Source: Candidatus Woesearchaeota archaeon (GTDB taxonomy: Archaea > Nanobdellota > Nanobdellia > SCGC-AAA011-G17 > GW2011-AR17). Taken from it: a stretch of 43,211 bases of DNA. The position numbers were made by a program, and so were the translations under genes. Below are positions 16,676 through 25,322 of the stretch, piece by piece. The stretch lies in contig CAYFIU010000001.1 of the NCBI GenBank assembly GCA_964343245.1, positions 1 through 43,211 on the forward strand, read 5' to 3'. Under the pieces are notes generated by a model. That model had not been told where the DNA came from, ran no database searches, and was given only the letters and a program-made list of their open reading frames with translations. Within the stretch, counting starts at the first letter, position 1. The number at the start of each line of letters is the position of its first letter.

Positions 16676-17881
16676 ATGCCTAAACTAAAAAGAGAGCTGG
16701 GATTATTTAGAGTAACACTTGCAGGTGTTGGTGTGATTCTTGGTGCAGGTATTTATGCTTTAATTGGCGTTGCAGCAGGTAAGGCAGGTAACGCAACATG
16801 GTTAGCATTTCTCATTTCAGCATTCATTGCACTCTTCACAGGATTAAGTTATGCAGAACTCTCTTCAATGTTCAGAGGAGACTCAGGTGAATACCACTAT
16901 GTCACAAAAGCACTTAACAAAAAGTTCGCCTGGTTCATTGGAATAAGTGTAATTATGGCTTCAGTTATAACTTGCGCAACAGTTTCTCTGGGTTTTGCAG
17001 GTTACTTCACTTCACTCTTATCTTTACCTTTCATACTAGCAACAGTTTTAGTTCTAGCTTTAATGGCAACAATAAACTTTCTTGGAATTAAAGAGTCAAG
17101 CTGGTTCAACGCAGTTGCAACATTCATTGAATTCACAGGTTTGGTTCTAATCATAATTTTTGGGATTAGTCATATTGGTTCTGTAAACTATTTAGAAATG
17201 CCAAATGGTTTCTTTGGTGTGTTCAGTTCAGCAGCACTAATCTTCTTTGCTTTCCTAGGCTTTGAAAACATAATAAAACTTTCAGAAGAAACAAAAAACC
17301 CACAAAAAACAATTCCAAAAGCAATCCTACTTTCAATTGCAATAACTTCAGTACTTTATGTTTTAGTTGCAATATCAGCAGTCAGTGTAGTTGGTTGGGA
17401 CGCGCTATCTCAAAGTGTAGCACCTTTAGCTTTAGTTGCACAAACAGCACTTGGCACTTTATCTGGTGTTGTCTTAGCAATCATTGCTTTGTTTTCAACT
17501 TCAAATACAATACTAGTTTCAATGTTAACATCTTCAAGACAAGTTTATGGTATGGCAAAAGAAAAAGGTTTACCAAAAGTGTTTGCATCAGTGCATGAGA
17601 ACACAAGGACACCTTGGCTAGCAATAATCCTAGTAATGGTTCTAGCAATGCTGTTCTCGCTTATTGGCGAGATAGAAACAGTTGCAAGCATAACAAACCT
17701 ATTCTTGTTCATTACTTTTGGCTCTGTTAACTTGAGTCTAATGATTCTTCGTTACAAAATGCCAAAAAGAAAAAGGTACTTCACTTGCCCTGGTAGAATT
17801 GGTAAACTTGCTTTGATACCTCTGTTTGGTTTCTTAAGTTCAATTGTAATGATAGTGTTTATTCTGATTAATCTATTATAG
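16676..17881 (+). CDS. Amino acid/polyamine permease (APC superfamily)
   Basis: 401 aa, about 11-12 TM helices. N-terminal 'GVGVILGAGIYALIG' and 'FLGFENI..LSEETKNP.K.IP' motifs are typical of APC transporters. Confidence 0.85.
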   Translation: MPKLKRELGLFRVTLAGVGVILGAGIYALIGVAAGKAGNATWLAFLISAFIALFTGLSYAELSSMFRGDSGEYHYVTKALNKKFAWFIGISVIMASVITCATVSLGFAGYFTSLLSLPFILATVLVLALMATINFLGIKESSWFNAVATFIEFTGLVLIIIFGISHIGSVNYLEMPNGFFGVFSSAALIFFAFLGFENIIKLSEETKNPQKTIPKAILLSIAITSVLYVLVAISAVSVVGWDALSQSVAPLALVAQTALGTLSGVVLAIIALFSTSNTILVSMLTSSRQVYGMAKEKGLPKVFASVHENTRTPWLAIILVMVLAMLFSLIGEIETVASITNLFLFITFGSVNLSLMILRYKMPKRKRYFTCPGRIGKLALIPLFGFLSSIVMIVFILINLL

Positions 17882-18010
17882 CTCAGCATCAACAGCATCA
17901 CCATACTTTTTCTGGCAAGCAGGGCAAACAGCTTTCTTACCAACAAAAGTACCTCTAATCTTACCTAAGAATGTATATTCAATTTTGCCTTTACAAATAG
18001 CACATTTCAT
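17876..18010 (-). CDS. Small zinc-ribbon protein
   Basis: 44 aa from Met20 of the track ORF (MKCAICKG...CPACQKKYGD). Two CxxC pairs. TATA ggatttaaataatt is centred 27 nt upstream of this ATG. Confidence 0.4.
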   Translation of the reverse strand: MKCAICKGKIEYTFLGKIRGTFVGKKAVCPACQKKYGDAVDAEL

Positions 18011-18052
18011 AGCAATACAAATCTTTTTAGGATTTAAATAATTTACCTTAAA

Positions 18053-18061
18053 CCTTATAAA
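18053..18061 (+). promoter_or_regulatory. TATA box for ABCE1 (leaderless)
   Basis: ccttataaa is centred exactly 27 nt upstream of ATG 18084. Confidence 0.55.
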
Positions 18062-18083
18062 CCTCAAATTCTAAACTAAAACT

Positions 18084-19850
18084 ATGACAAGAGTAGCAAT
18101 TGTAAAGAGATCAAAGTGTAATCCTACTAAGTGTAACTATCTTTGCATAAAGCTCTGCCCAGTTAACAGGACAGGTGGAGAATGTATAATTAAAGCTGAA
18201 GATACAAAGCCTTACATAAACGAAGACCTCTGTAATGGCTGTTCGATATGCACAAACAGGTGTCCACTAGAAGCTCTTGACATTGTAAATTTACCAGAAG
18301 CACTAAAAGAAGAACCAATTCACAGGTATGGCAAGAACGCATTCCAACTTTTCAACCTACCAATACCCCAACCAGGCAAAGTTATAGGAATCATTGGTAG
18401 AAATGGAATAGGTAAAACAACAGCTTTGAACATTTTAGCAGGCCACCTAAAACCAAACTTAGGAAACTTTGAAGGTTTTGACAAAGATGCAATTCTAAAA
18501 AGATACTCAACATCACCTTTGGGAGACTTTTTCAAAAAGCTTTACAATAACAAAATTAAACTAGCATACAAGCCACAAAGAGTTGAACAAATTCCTGAAA
18601 CTTTTGATGGAAAAGTTAAAGATTTACTAAAAAAAGTTGATGAAAAAGGCAAACTAAAAGAATACACAGAACTTTTAGAAATTGATAAGATTCTAGATTC
18701 CAATGTTAAAGAAATTTCAGGTGGTGAACTACAAAGAGTTGCAATTGCAGCAGCAGCACTAAAAGATGCACAAGTAATTTACTTTGACGAACCATCTTCA
18801 TACTTGGACATCAAACAAAGATTAAAAGTTGCACAGTTCATAAGATCTTTGGCAGACAAAAACACTGCAGTTATCGTCGTGGAACACGACTTGATCACAA
18901 TGGACTACATGGCAGACCTAATCCACATTGTTTATGGTAAGCCAGGTGTGTATGGTGTAATCTCAGGCCTGAAATCAGGCAAACCAGGTATCAACACTTA
19001 CTTGTCAGGGTTCTTAAGAGAAGAAAACATGCGATTCAGGGACAAAGAAATTAAGTTTGGAACACATGCACATGGTGCAGAGTTAGAAACTGAAGAAATT
19101 GCAGAGTGGCCAAAGATGAAAAAGAAACTAGGCAGTTTCAACCTAGACATTGACCAAGGTTACATCAAAGAGCATCAAGTTTTAGGTATTTTAGGTTCAA
19201 ATGGTATTGGTAAAACAAGTTTCATGAAAATTTTAGCAGGTGAAATCAAACCAGACAACACAAAAGTAGATTTGAAATTAAAAATTTCCTACAAACCACA
19301 ATATTTAAAATCAGAATCAGAAGAAACAGTTGAACAGTTACTAAAGAAACAAGCACAAGACTATAACACAAAATCCTACAAAGCAATGATAGTTCAGCCT
19401 CTAGAAATCAACCACATTTTACAAAAACAAATAAAGACCTTGTCAGGTGGTGAACTTCAAAGAGTCTCAATCGCACTTTGCTTATCAAAAGAGTGTGATT
19501 TAATATTAATGGACGAACCATCAGCTTACCTTGACATAGAGCAAAGGCTGACTCTAGCAAAAACAATTAACAAAGTTATTGAAGTAAAAGAATGTTCAGC
19601 TTTAATTATTGATCACGACTTAGTTTTCATGGATTCCTTATCACAAGGGTTGTTGGTGTTTGAAGGTGAAGCAGCAGTTAAGGGTGTGTTACACAAACCA
19701 TTAACTATGGAAGAGGGAATGAACCAGTTGCTAACAGAGTTAAAGATTACAATGCGAAGAGATGAAGAGAATCAAAGGCCAAGAATTAATAAATTAGACT
19801 CGCAGATGGACAAAAAGCAAAAAAAAGAGAACAAGTATTATTATTCTTAA
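18084..19850 (+). CDS. ABCE1 / RNase L inhibitor-type ribosome recycling ATPase
   Basis: N-terminal 2x[4Fe-4S] cysteine clusters (CNPTKCNYLCIKLCP; CNGCSICTNRCP). Two ABC cassettes (GRNGIGKTT/LSGGELQR and GSNGIGKTS/LSGGELQR). Confidence 0.95.
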   Translation: MTRVAIVKRSKCNPTKCNYLCIKLCPVNRTGGECIIKAEDTKPYINEDLCNGCSICTNRCPLEALDIVNLPEALKEEPIHRYGKNAFQLFNLPIPQPGKVIGIIGRNGIGKTTALNILAGHLKPNLGNFEGFDKDAILKRYSTSPLGDFFKKLYNNKIKLAYKPQRVEQIPETFDGKVKDLLKKVDEKGKLKEYTELLEIDKILDSNVKEISGGELQRVAIAAAALKDAQVIYFDEPSSYLDIKQRLKVAQFIRSLADKNTAVIVVEHDLITMDYMADLIHIVYGKPGVYGVISGLKSGKPGINTYLSGFLREENMRFRDKEIKFGTHAHGAELETEEIAEWPKMKKKLGSFNLDIDQGYIKEHQVLGILGSNGIGKTSFMKILAGEIKPDNTKVDLKLKISYKPQYLKSESEETVEQLLKKQAQDYNTKSYKAMIVQPLEINHILQKQIKTLSGGELQRVSIALCLSKECDLILMDEPSAYLDIEQRLTLAKTINKVIEVKECSALIIDHDLVFMDSLSQGLLVFEGEAAVKGVLHKPLTMEEGMNQLLTELKITMRRDEENQRPRINKLDSQMDKKQKKENKYYYS

Positions 19851-19885
19851 CAAAGTTTAAAAATCCTAAGTGTTGCAACCTTTTT

Positions 19886-20482
19886 ATGAGAAGATTTGGA
19901 CCAGCTACTCCAACTACTATTAGAACAGATTCAGTAGAGGGGTTGGCAGAAATTCTGGGTTATTTTTCTGGTGCTGTACAAGAACTTGAAGAACCTTTAA
20001 GAGCAAGATACTGGAATTTCTTCGGTTTAAAACCTGGGGAAGTGGTTATTAATGAACTAGAATTTACTGGAGAGGACAAGTTTAGACTTGAAGTAAACCC
20101 AAAAAGAAGAGGTGGAAGACAAGCTCCTGCAACCACTCACTTAGGAAGATGTTTCTCATTTTTAGTAGGCTATCAAGATGTGGTTTATTTATTAGATTAT
20201 TTAGACAGTAATGATAATACTTTTGGTCTTGTTAGAGATGGTTTCGAAGGTTTAGGCCATGGTCCTGAGTTTATTAGAAGTTTGGCTCAGAGGGAGATCT
20301 ATGATGATGAACTTTTATTTGAAATAGATAAGCTAACATTAGATGGCGATCATTATAGGGTCCATTTAAGACCAACTCTACATCATGCTGCCTATTCAGA
20401 AAGAGATATAGCCCTTATGATCCATAGAGTTTTTGTTGAAAACAAAAGAATTATTAAAGTGCCTAGGGATGATAAAACTTAA
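19886..20482 (+). CDS. Orphan protein, paralog A of a tandem pair
   Basis: 198 aa. TATA-like agtttaaaaat is centred 27 nt upstream. It shares 'TD..GLA..L.Y..G' near the N-terminus and 'F.ID....LDG..Y.VH' near the C-terminus with the next gene. Confidence 0.55.
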   Translation: MRRFGPATPTTIRTDSVEGLAEILGYFSGAVQELEEPLRARYWNFFGLKPGEVVINELEFTGEDKFRLEVNPKRRGGRQAPATTHLGRCFSFLVGYQDVVYLLDYLDSNDNTFGLVRDGFEGLGHGPEFIRSLAQREIYDDELLFEIDKLTLDGDHYRVHLRPTLHHAAYSERDIALMIHRVFVENKRIIKVPRDDKT

Positions 20483-20508
20483 ATACACTTCTTTTAAATC
20501 TGATTTAT

Positions 20509-21077
20509 ATGGTTAAAGGGTTGACTATGAAAACAGATGGATCTGGTTTAGCAAAATTAGTCAACTATTTAGCTGGTGAAGGTTCTCCACCTTATGGTAT
20601 AGTTCATGAAGAAAGATTCAAAGGCTATGGCCCTCAAGATTTAGCAATTTCTGATATACAAATTAAAAGAGGGGTACATAATGTAAGCTACACAATAACA
20701 GTCAAACCTCTAGTAAAGCTAAGGCATATTACTGAAAATTGGTTGGAAAATGGGGTTAGTGGACTTTTTTTCCAGTTAAGTAGAGAAGGTCTTGTAGGAC
20801 TAACAGAATATCTTACAGGAGAGGGGATGTTAGTAAAGTTAAAAATGAAGGGCCTTTAAGGGATATCTTTTCTGAAGTTAATGAAGAGTTTTTTGTAATA
20901 GATAGAATGTATGTTCAACTACTTGATGGCTCTCCATTATATGGTGTGCACATCTCGGCACTTCGTCAACAAAACGAATATGAAGGAGATTTGGTCCATA
21001 AGAAAACACAAGAACTTTTAGATTTAGCAGCCAGACTTAGAAAGGTTCAACTAGAAGCAGAAAGAGATACAGCTTAA
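20509..21077 (+). pseudogene. Orphan protein, paralog B, reading frame broken once (frame change near the A5 run 20841-20845)
   Basis: Track ORF 20509..20859 ends MLVKLKMKGL*. The -1 frame is open from 20784 to 21077 and encodes ...EGPLRDIFSEVNEEFFVIDRMYVQLLDGSPLYGVHISALRQ.... This aligns with the C-terminal part of paralog A, so the two pieces look like one gene. Confidence 0.45.
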
Positions 21078-21946
21078 TCACCCTTATAGAACTCAACCTT
21101 TTTCTTCTTATCATTCAACTCTAACCAAACATTAACTTTGCCACCATAACCAGCATTGATAACAGTGGTCTTTCCAATCTTACAAGCACCGAAATGCTCA
21201 TGCATATGCCCACCAATACAAACTGGTGGTCGATAAACTTCAACCATTTCTCTAGCTAGAACAGAACCTTGGTGCTGACCACACCGAGGAGACTTTTTCC
21301 AAGTAATCTTGTCCAACACAGTGTTAAAAGGAACATTGTGTGTCAAAAAAATTGCTCGCCTTTTATTCCTGCCACTCTTTCTCTGTCTAAAACACTTTAC
21401 AAGAATTTCTTTTTTCTTTTCATACTCTTCTTCTAGTTTCTTAAACTTTGCTGGGGTTAACATTGCCATGTCTTCTGCATGCTGAGGCAACTCAGGGAAA
21501 GAATGTGCACCATAACCCACAATACAAAGCTCATCATTAATAACAACAAACTTGTTATGACAATCAACAACATTTTTCAAATCTTTTAACAGATAATCAT
21601 GATAATAATCTTTATCTAAAAACTTCCACTTATCTTCACAATATGCCCAGTCAGCATTTCCAGGGATTACATATACAGGCACACCAAACGAATCAAGGTG
21701 CTCTAAAACCTCTCTCCCTCTTTCAAGACTTTCTTTTACAAGCCTTCTAGCTCTTTTTTTGCCAGCAAGATCATACCACTGTTTACTATAATTTGGATCT
21801 TTTTGCCTCTCTTCAAGAATCTTAAAATAAAACTCTCTAAGCTCCTCAGTTGGACAAAAGTCCCCTGGTGCTATGATAGCATCAAAGCTCTGATAGTATA
21901 TTTCAGGCTTTTGCCCATGCAAGTCTCCAATTACTACGAATCTCAT
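21074..21946 (-). CDS. Calcineurin-like metallophosphoesterase
   Basis: 'VVIGDLHG', 'GDF', 'GNADW', 'THNVP' and 'GHMHE' motifs occur in canonical order. TATA cttattataaaac lies 27 nt upstream. Confidence 0.8.
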   Translation of the reverse strand: MRFVVIGDLHGQKPEIYYQSFDAIIAPGDFCPTEELREFYFKILEERQKDPNYSKQWYDLAGKKRARRLVKESLERGREVLEHLDSFGVPVYVIPGNADWAYCEDKWKFLDKDYYHDYLLKDLKNVVDCHNKFVVINDELCIVGYGAHSFPELPQHAEDMAMLTPAKFKKLEEEYEKKKEILVKCFRQRKSGRNKRRAIFLTHNVPFNTVLDKITWKKSPRCGQHQGSVLAREMVEVYRPPVCIGGHMHEHFGACKIGKTTVINAGYGGKVNVWLELNDKKKKVEFYKGD

Positions 21947-22053
21947 ACTTCAAATGCGATTTTTTCTTATTATAAAACTATCGCACAACGAAAAGGTTTA
22001 TAAAGCCCAGTTTTTTCTCATAATCAAACCAATGATATAATGGAGGTTTAAAT

Positions 22054-22407
22054 ATGGAAGATAAAAAAATTCAAGAAATGGCTTTCCAAGCAGTAGAGCA
22101 TGCTAAGACTTCTGGTAAAATTAAAAAAGGCGCTAACGAAGCAACCAAAGCTGCTGAGAAAGGTACAGCAAAATTAGTTATTGTAGCTAAAGACACAAAC
22201 CCTAAAGAGGTAGTAATGCACATCGGACCTTTGTGTAAAGAAAAAGATGTTCCTTTTGTTGAAGTTGACAAAAAAGAAGAGTTAGGAACAGCAGCAGGTA
22301 TTCCTGTTTCAACAACAGCAGTTGCAATTATACAAGAAGGCGATGCAAAAACCATAATCAAAAGAATTGTAGAGGCATTGAAGAGTGGCGAAGGACAGAA
22401 AGAATAA
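22054..22407 (+). CDS. rpl7ae: Ribosomal protein L7Ae (kink-turn binding)
   Basis: '[32 protein letters not shown]...LC.EK.VPF..V..K.ELG.AAG'. SD GGAGGT lies 7 nt upstream and a TATA lies about 54 nt upstream. Confidence 0.95.
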   Translation: MEDKKIQEMAFQAVEHAKTSGKIKKGANEATKAAEKGTAKLVIVAKDTNPKEVVMHIGPLCKEKDVPFVEVDKKEELGTAAGIPVSTTAVAIIQEGDAKTIIKRIVEALKSGEGQKE

Positions 22408-22429
22408 ACAACCTCAAGGCAAGAAAGCC

Positions 22430-22663
22430 ATGAAGGAGAAAGGAAAAATCTCCACAACAGCAGTTCAAGCTAGTGTTGAAGAAATTGTAGGCAGAACTGG
22501 CACAAGAGGTGAAGTTATTCAAGTTAGATGTAAAGTCCTTGAAGGCAAAGATGCCAACAAAATCATGACACGAAATGTTAGAGGCCCTGTTAGGGTAAAA
22601 GACATTCTTATGTTAAGAGAAACAGAGATTGAAGCAAGAAAAATTGGAAGAGGTAAAAAATAA
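22430..22663 (+). CDS. rps28e: Ribosomal protein S28e
   Basis: '[54 protein letters not shown]'. I prefer ATG 22430 over the track's GTG 22385, which overlaps L7Ae. Confidence 0.9.
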   Translation: MKEKGKISTTAVQASVEEIVGRTGTRGEVIQVRCKVLEGKDANKIMTRNVRGPVRVKDILMLRETEIEARKIGRGKK

Positions 22664-22824
22664 TGGCACTTTGTTCATTCTGTAAAAAAAACATCCCAAA
22701 AGGAACAGGTTTGCTATATGTTAACAAAGCAGGCAAATCTTTTTGGTACTGTTCTAGAAAATGTCTTGTACATGTTCAAAAGCTAAAAAGAAAACCTCAG
22801 AACACTAAATGGGTGAAACAATGA
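22663..22824 (+). CDS. rpl24e: Ribosomal protein L24e
   Basis: Below the ORF-track size cut-off. My translation is [53 protein letters not shown], with a zinc-ribbon-like C..C...C..C. The ATG overlaps the S28e stop. Confidence 0.85.
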   Translation: MALCSFCKKNIPKGTGLLYVNKAGKSFWYCSRKCLVHVQKLKRKPQNTKWVKQ

Positions 22825-23396
22825 TCGAACAAACATTAGTTATTCTTAAACCAGACGCAGTACAAAGAGCAATCACAGGAGAAATCCTAAAAAGATTTGA
22901 AAGAGTAGGTCTAAAAATTGTCGGAATGAAAATGTTATTTGCAACAAAAGAACAAGTTGCAGAACACTATTACAAAGACGATGAATGGTTAGTCAGAGTT
23001 GGTAAGGGTGTTGTAAAAAACAAAGGTTACCCAGAAGACTATGATCCAAAAAAAGCAGGCCAAGAAATTGTTGACAGTTTAATGAATGACATGAGACTTT
23101 GTCCTGTTGTTGCAATGGTTCTAGAGGGTCACAACGCAATAAATGTTGTAAGAAAACTTTGTGGTCCAACAAATGTTGAAGAGGCACTGCCTGGAACAAT
23201 CAGGGGAGACTACTCTCACGATACATATGTGCTAGCAAATATTAAAGAAAGACCAATTTTAACAATCATCCACGCTTCAGGTGATATAGATGATGCTAAA
23301 AAAGAGGTTGGAATTTGGTTTAGTCCAGAAGAAGTGCACACTTATAGCAAGCTAGACACTGACTGGCACTACAGAAAAGGCTCATTAGAAGCCTAA
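22821..23396 (+). CDS. ndk: Nucleoside diphosphate kinase with internal insertion
   Basis: 'EQTLVILKPDAVQR...GEILKRFE..GLKIVGMKM' and the catalytic-His region 'IIHASGD'. An extra segment of about 40 aa lies mid-protein. ATG 22821 overlaps the L24e stop (ATGA). Confidence 0.9.
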   Translation: MIEQTLVILKPDAVQRAITGEILKRFERVGLKIVGMKMLFATKEQVAEHYYKDDEWLVRVGKGVVKNKGYPEDYDPKKAGQEIVDSLMNDMRLCPVVAMVLEGHNAINVVRKLCGPTNVEEALPGTIRGDYSHDTYVLANIKERPILTIIHASGDIDDAKKEVGIWFSPEEVHTYSKLDTDWHYRKGSLEA

Positions 23397-23789
23397 TTTT
23401 TTATCTATTTCTTTTCCTAAATTTTCTAACTCTTCATAAGTTGAAAGAACATCATGCTTCATTTTTTTCAGAGTTAACTCAAGATTTCGCTCTCTCAAAG
23501 TATACTTATTATCTTCAACCCTGATCAAACCAGCAGCAATCAACTTAGTTAAATGGTGCACCACAGTACCACGAGTTAGATTCAACCTAAAAGCCAACTC
23601 ATCAGAAGTCAAAGCTTCTCTTCTTTTTACAGCTTTAATAATCTCAATAAACAACCTAAAACAAGAATAATCTTTGTCTCGATCAGAAACAAGCCCAAGA
23701 CTCTTTGAAAGCCACATTAACTCAGCATTCAAATTACCTTCAGGAACCTTTACTTTTTCAATAACAATTCTTGTAAATCTGGTTATCAT
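23385..23789 (-). CDS. Winged-helix (ArsR/TrmB-like) transcriptional regulator
   Basis: 'LTSDELAFRLNLTRGTVVHHLTKLIAAGLIRVEDNKYTL', followed by a coiled-coil tail. TATA gacttaaatac lies 27 nt upstream. Confidence 0.6.
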   Translation of the reverse strand: MITRFTRIVIEKVKVPEGNLNAELMWLSKSLGLVSDRDKDYSCFRLFIEIIKAVKRREALTSDELAFRLNLTRGTVVHHLTKLIAAGLIRVEDNKYTLRERNLELTLKKMKHDVLSTYEELENLGKEIDKKLGF

Positions 23790-23853
23790 AAAAACTAGTA
23801 TGTAACATTTGACTTAAATACTTTTTCTTGAGCCCTTAATAGTTAATTAATAT

Positions 23854-24294
23854 TTAAGCAGCCCTTTGTTGAGGCATTTGTTCATAAGGTTCTTCAGCTT
23901 GCACTTTAAGAGATTGAATCCTTTGCCTCTGCCTTTGCAAATAGTTCTTAAAACCTCTCAAAAAACTTGATGTTACACTTATATCTCTCTCAAGATCAGA
24001 TTTTGTCTGTTCCAACTCTTCTAATAGCCTTGCAGCCTTGGCTTGTTTTGCTTCTAAAGCTCTAAGTTGCTCTTTCATACTTTTCAATTTTTCTTGTGAA
24101 GGATCTTTTGATAGTTTATCAAAGTCAGCATCGAGTCTTTGTATCTCAGAAAAAAGTTTTGTTGTCTGTATAGAATGCCTGCCAATTAACTTTGCTGCAC
24201 TTCTCTCAATTGTAGGAATACTAGTTATAACTGTTTTAATAGCCTCCTTTTCATCTACACTTTGTTTTTTCTTAAACAAATTGAAAGGCCACAT
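23854..24294 (-). CDS. Coiled-coil protein, unknown function
   Basis: 146 aa, heptad-rich (LRALEAKQAKAARLLEELEQTKSDLE). A correctly spaced TATA lies upstream. Confidence 0.45.
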   Translation of the reverse strand: MWPFNLFKKKQSVDEKEAIKTVITSIPTIERSAAKLIGRHSIQTTKLFSEIQRLDADFDKLSKDPSQEKLKSMKEQLRALEAKQAKAARLLEELEQTKSDLERDISVTSSFLRGFKNYLQRQRQRIQSLKVQAEEPYEQMPQQRAA

Positions 24295-24325
24295 TAGTAA
24301 TAAGGGGTAAAAGAACTATTTAATG

Positions 24326-24744
24326 CTAGCGAAAATGTTCTTTCATGGCTTCTATTGCTTTATTGACTTTAACAATATTTGTATTGTTGCACATTTCTTT
24401 TTCTGCATAGTCCATAATTGGCCTTACAGACTGGACATTTCTGCCAAATTTCTCCATCCACTGGTGTCTTGGGAACATCCATATATGAAAGCCATGCTCA
24501 GTATCTTCATTTTGGAACAAATAAACTTCCTTTATGCTTAGCACTCTCTTCATCGCTTCCCTGACTCTCTTAACCAAAGAGATAAATTCTATTAATTCTC
24601 TCTCTGAGAAATCTGTTACAGATCGCTCTTTTTTCTTAGAAGAAACTATGAAAAACCCTTCAATTGGGGTTTCCCAGTCTTGGTTGACCCTGAAATTCTC
24701 TGTTTCTAGCACAACTCCTTTTGGAAAAAGTTTTTTTTGTCCAT
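24326..24744 (-). CDS. HIT-superfamily hydrolase-like protein; apparent frame break in an A8 tract right after the start codon
   Basis: 'HGFHIWMFPRH' is the histidine-triad-like motif. The track ORF (24326..24712) starts at GTG. ATG (complement 24742-24744) sits exactly 27 nt from TATA ccttatataatt, but it is out of frame by one base across the T8 run 24731-24738. Confidence 0.6.
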
Positions 24745-24799
24745 CTGGCTTAATTAGGACTAATTCCTTATATAATTAACTATAAAAACACAAAACCGA

Positions 24800-24818
24800 A
24801 AGCTTTAAATAGAAGCTT
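24800..24818 (+). promoter_or_regulatory. grpE promoter: TATA-like tttaaata flanked by two AAGCTT palindromes
   Basis: AAGCTT-TAAATAG-AAGCTT lies about 44 nt upstream of grpE ATG 24851. An SD-like AAGGT lies between them. Confidence 0.35.
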
Positions 24819-24850
24819 AGATTAACTTTGTTTACTTAAGGTCAACAACG

Positions 24851-25321
24851 ATGAAAAAGAAAACAGGACTAAAAAAAGAACTTGATGAAATCAAGGAAGA
24901 TATTCAAGAAGTAAAAGAAGAGTTAGAAGAGCTTGACTATCTACAACAATTACAAAGACTTCAAGCAGAGTTCATCAACTACAGAACAAGAGTTGAAAAA
25001 GAAAAACAAGACTCAATCAATTATGGAAAAGAAGAGATCATACTTCAGTTCTTAGATGTTCTTGATAACTTTGAAAGAGCATTAGAACATAACAAAGATC
25101 AAGGTATTGAAATGATTTATAATCAAATGCAAGCAATACTAAAAGAGCAAAATGTAAACAAAGTAGAAACAAACACTTTTAATCCACAAGTGCATGAGTG
25201 TGTTTGTAAAGAATGTTCAGAAGAAGAACAAGACACAATTCTAGAAGTGTTCCAAAAAGGGTACACTTTCAATAATAAAACAATAAGACCTGCAAAGGTT
25301 AAAATTTCAGGAGGAAAATAA
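24851..25321 (+). CDS. grpE: Nucleotide exchange factor GrpE
   Basis: '[15 protein letters not shown]' plus '[11 protein letters not shown]'. C-terminal beta domain 'GY....K.IRPAKV.I'. Immediately upstream of dnaK. Confidence 0.9.
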   Translation: MKKKTGLKKELDEIKEDIQEVKEELEELDYLQQLQRLQAEFINYRTRVEKEKQDSINYGKEEIILQFLDVLDNFERALEHNKDQGIEMIYNQMQAILKEQNVNKVETNTFNPQVHECVCKECSEEEQDTILEVFQKGYTFNNKTIRPAKVKISGGK

Positions 25322-25322
25322 A

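Noticed and set aside
20907-21077. Stand-alone 56-aa ORF (MYVQLLDGSPLYGVHISALRQ...) as an independent small gene.
   Set aside because: The same frame is open for 123 nt upstream without a start codon. That upstream part plus the ORF aligns with the C-terminal region of the neighbouring paralog (19886..20482). I therefore treat it as the displaced 3' part of 20509..20859 rather than a separate gene. Independent initiation at ATG 20907 cannot be fully excluded.
22071-22457. 128-aa antisense ORF over L7Ae, and similar antisense or out-of-frame ORFs inside dnaK (25407-25589, 26084-26329, 26642-26986), aIF5B (28958-29212, 29525-29974, 30026-30325), RSH (38270-38930, 39269-39604) and ABCE1 (18320-18535).
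   Set aside because: Each lies wholly within a strongly supported conserved gene, has low-complexity or hydrophobic-biased composition typical of antisense frames, and has no promoter or SD.
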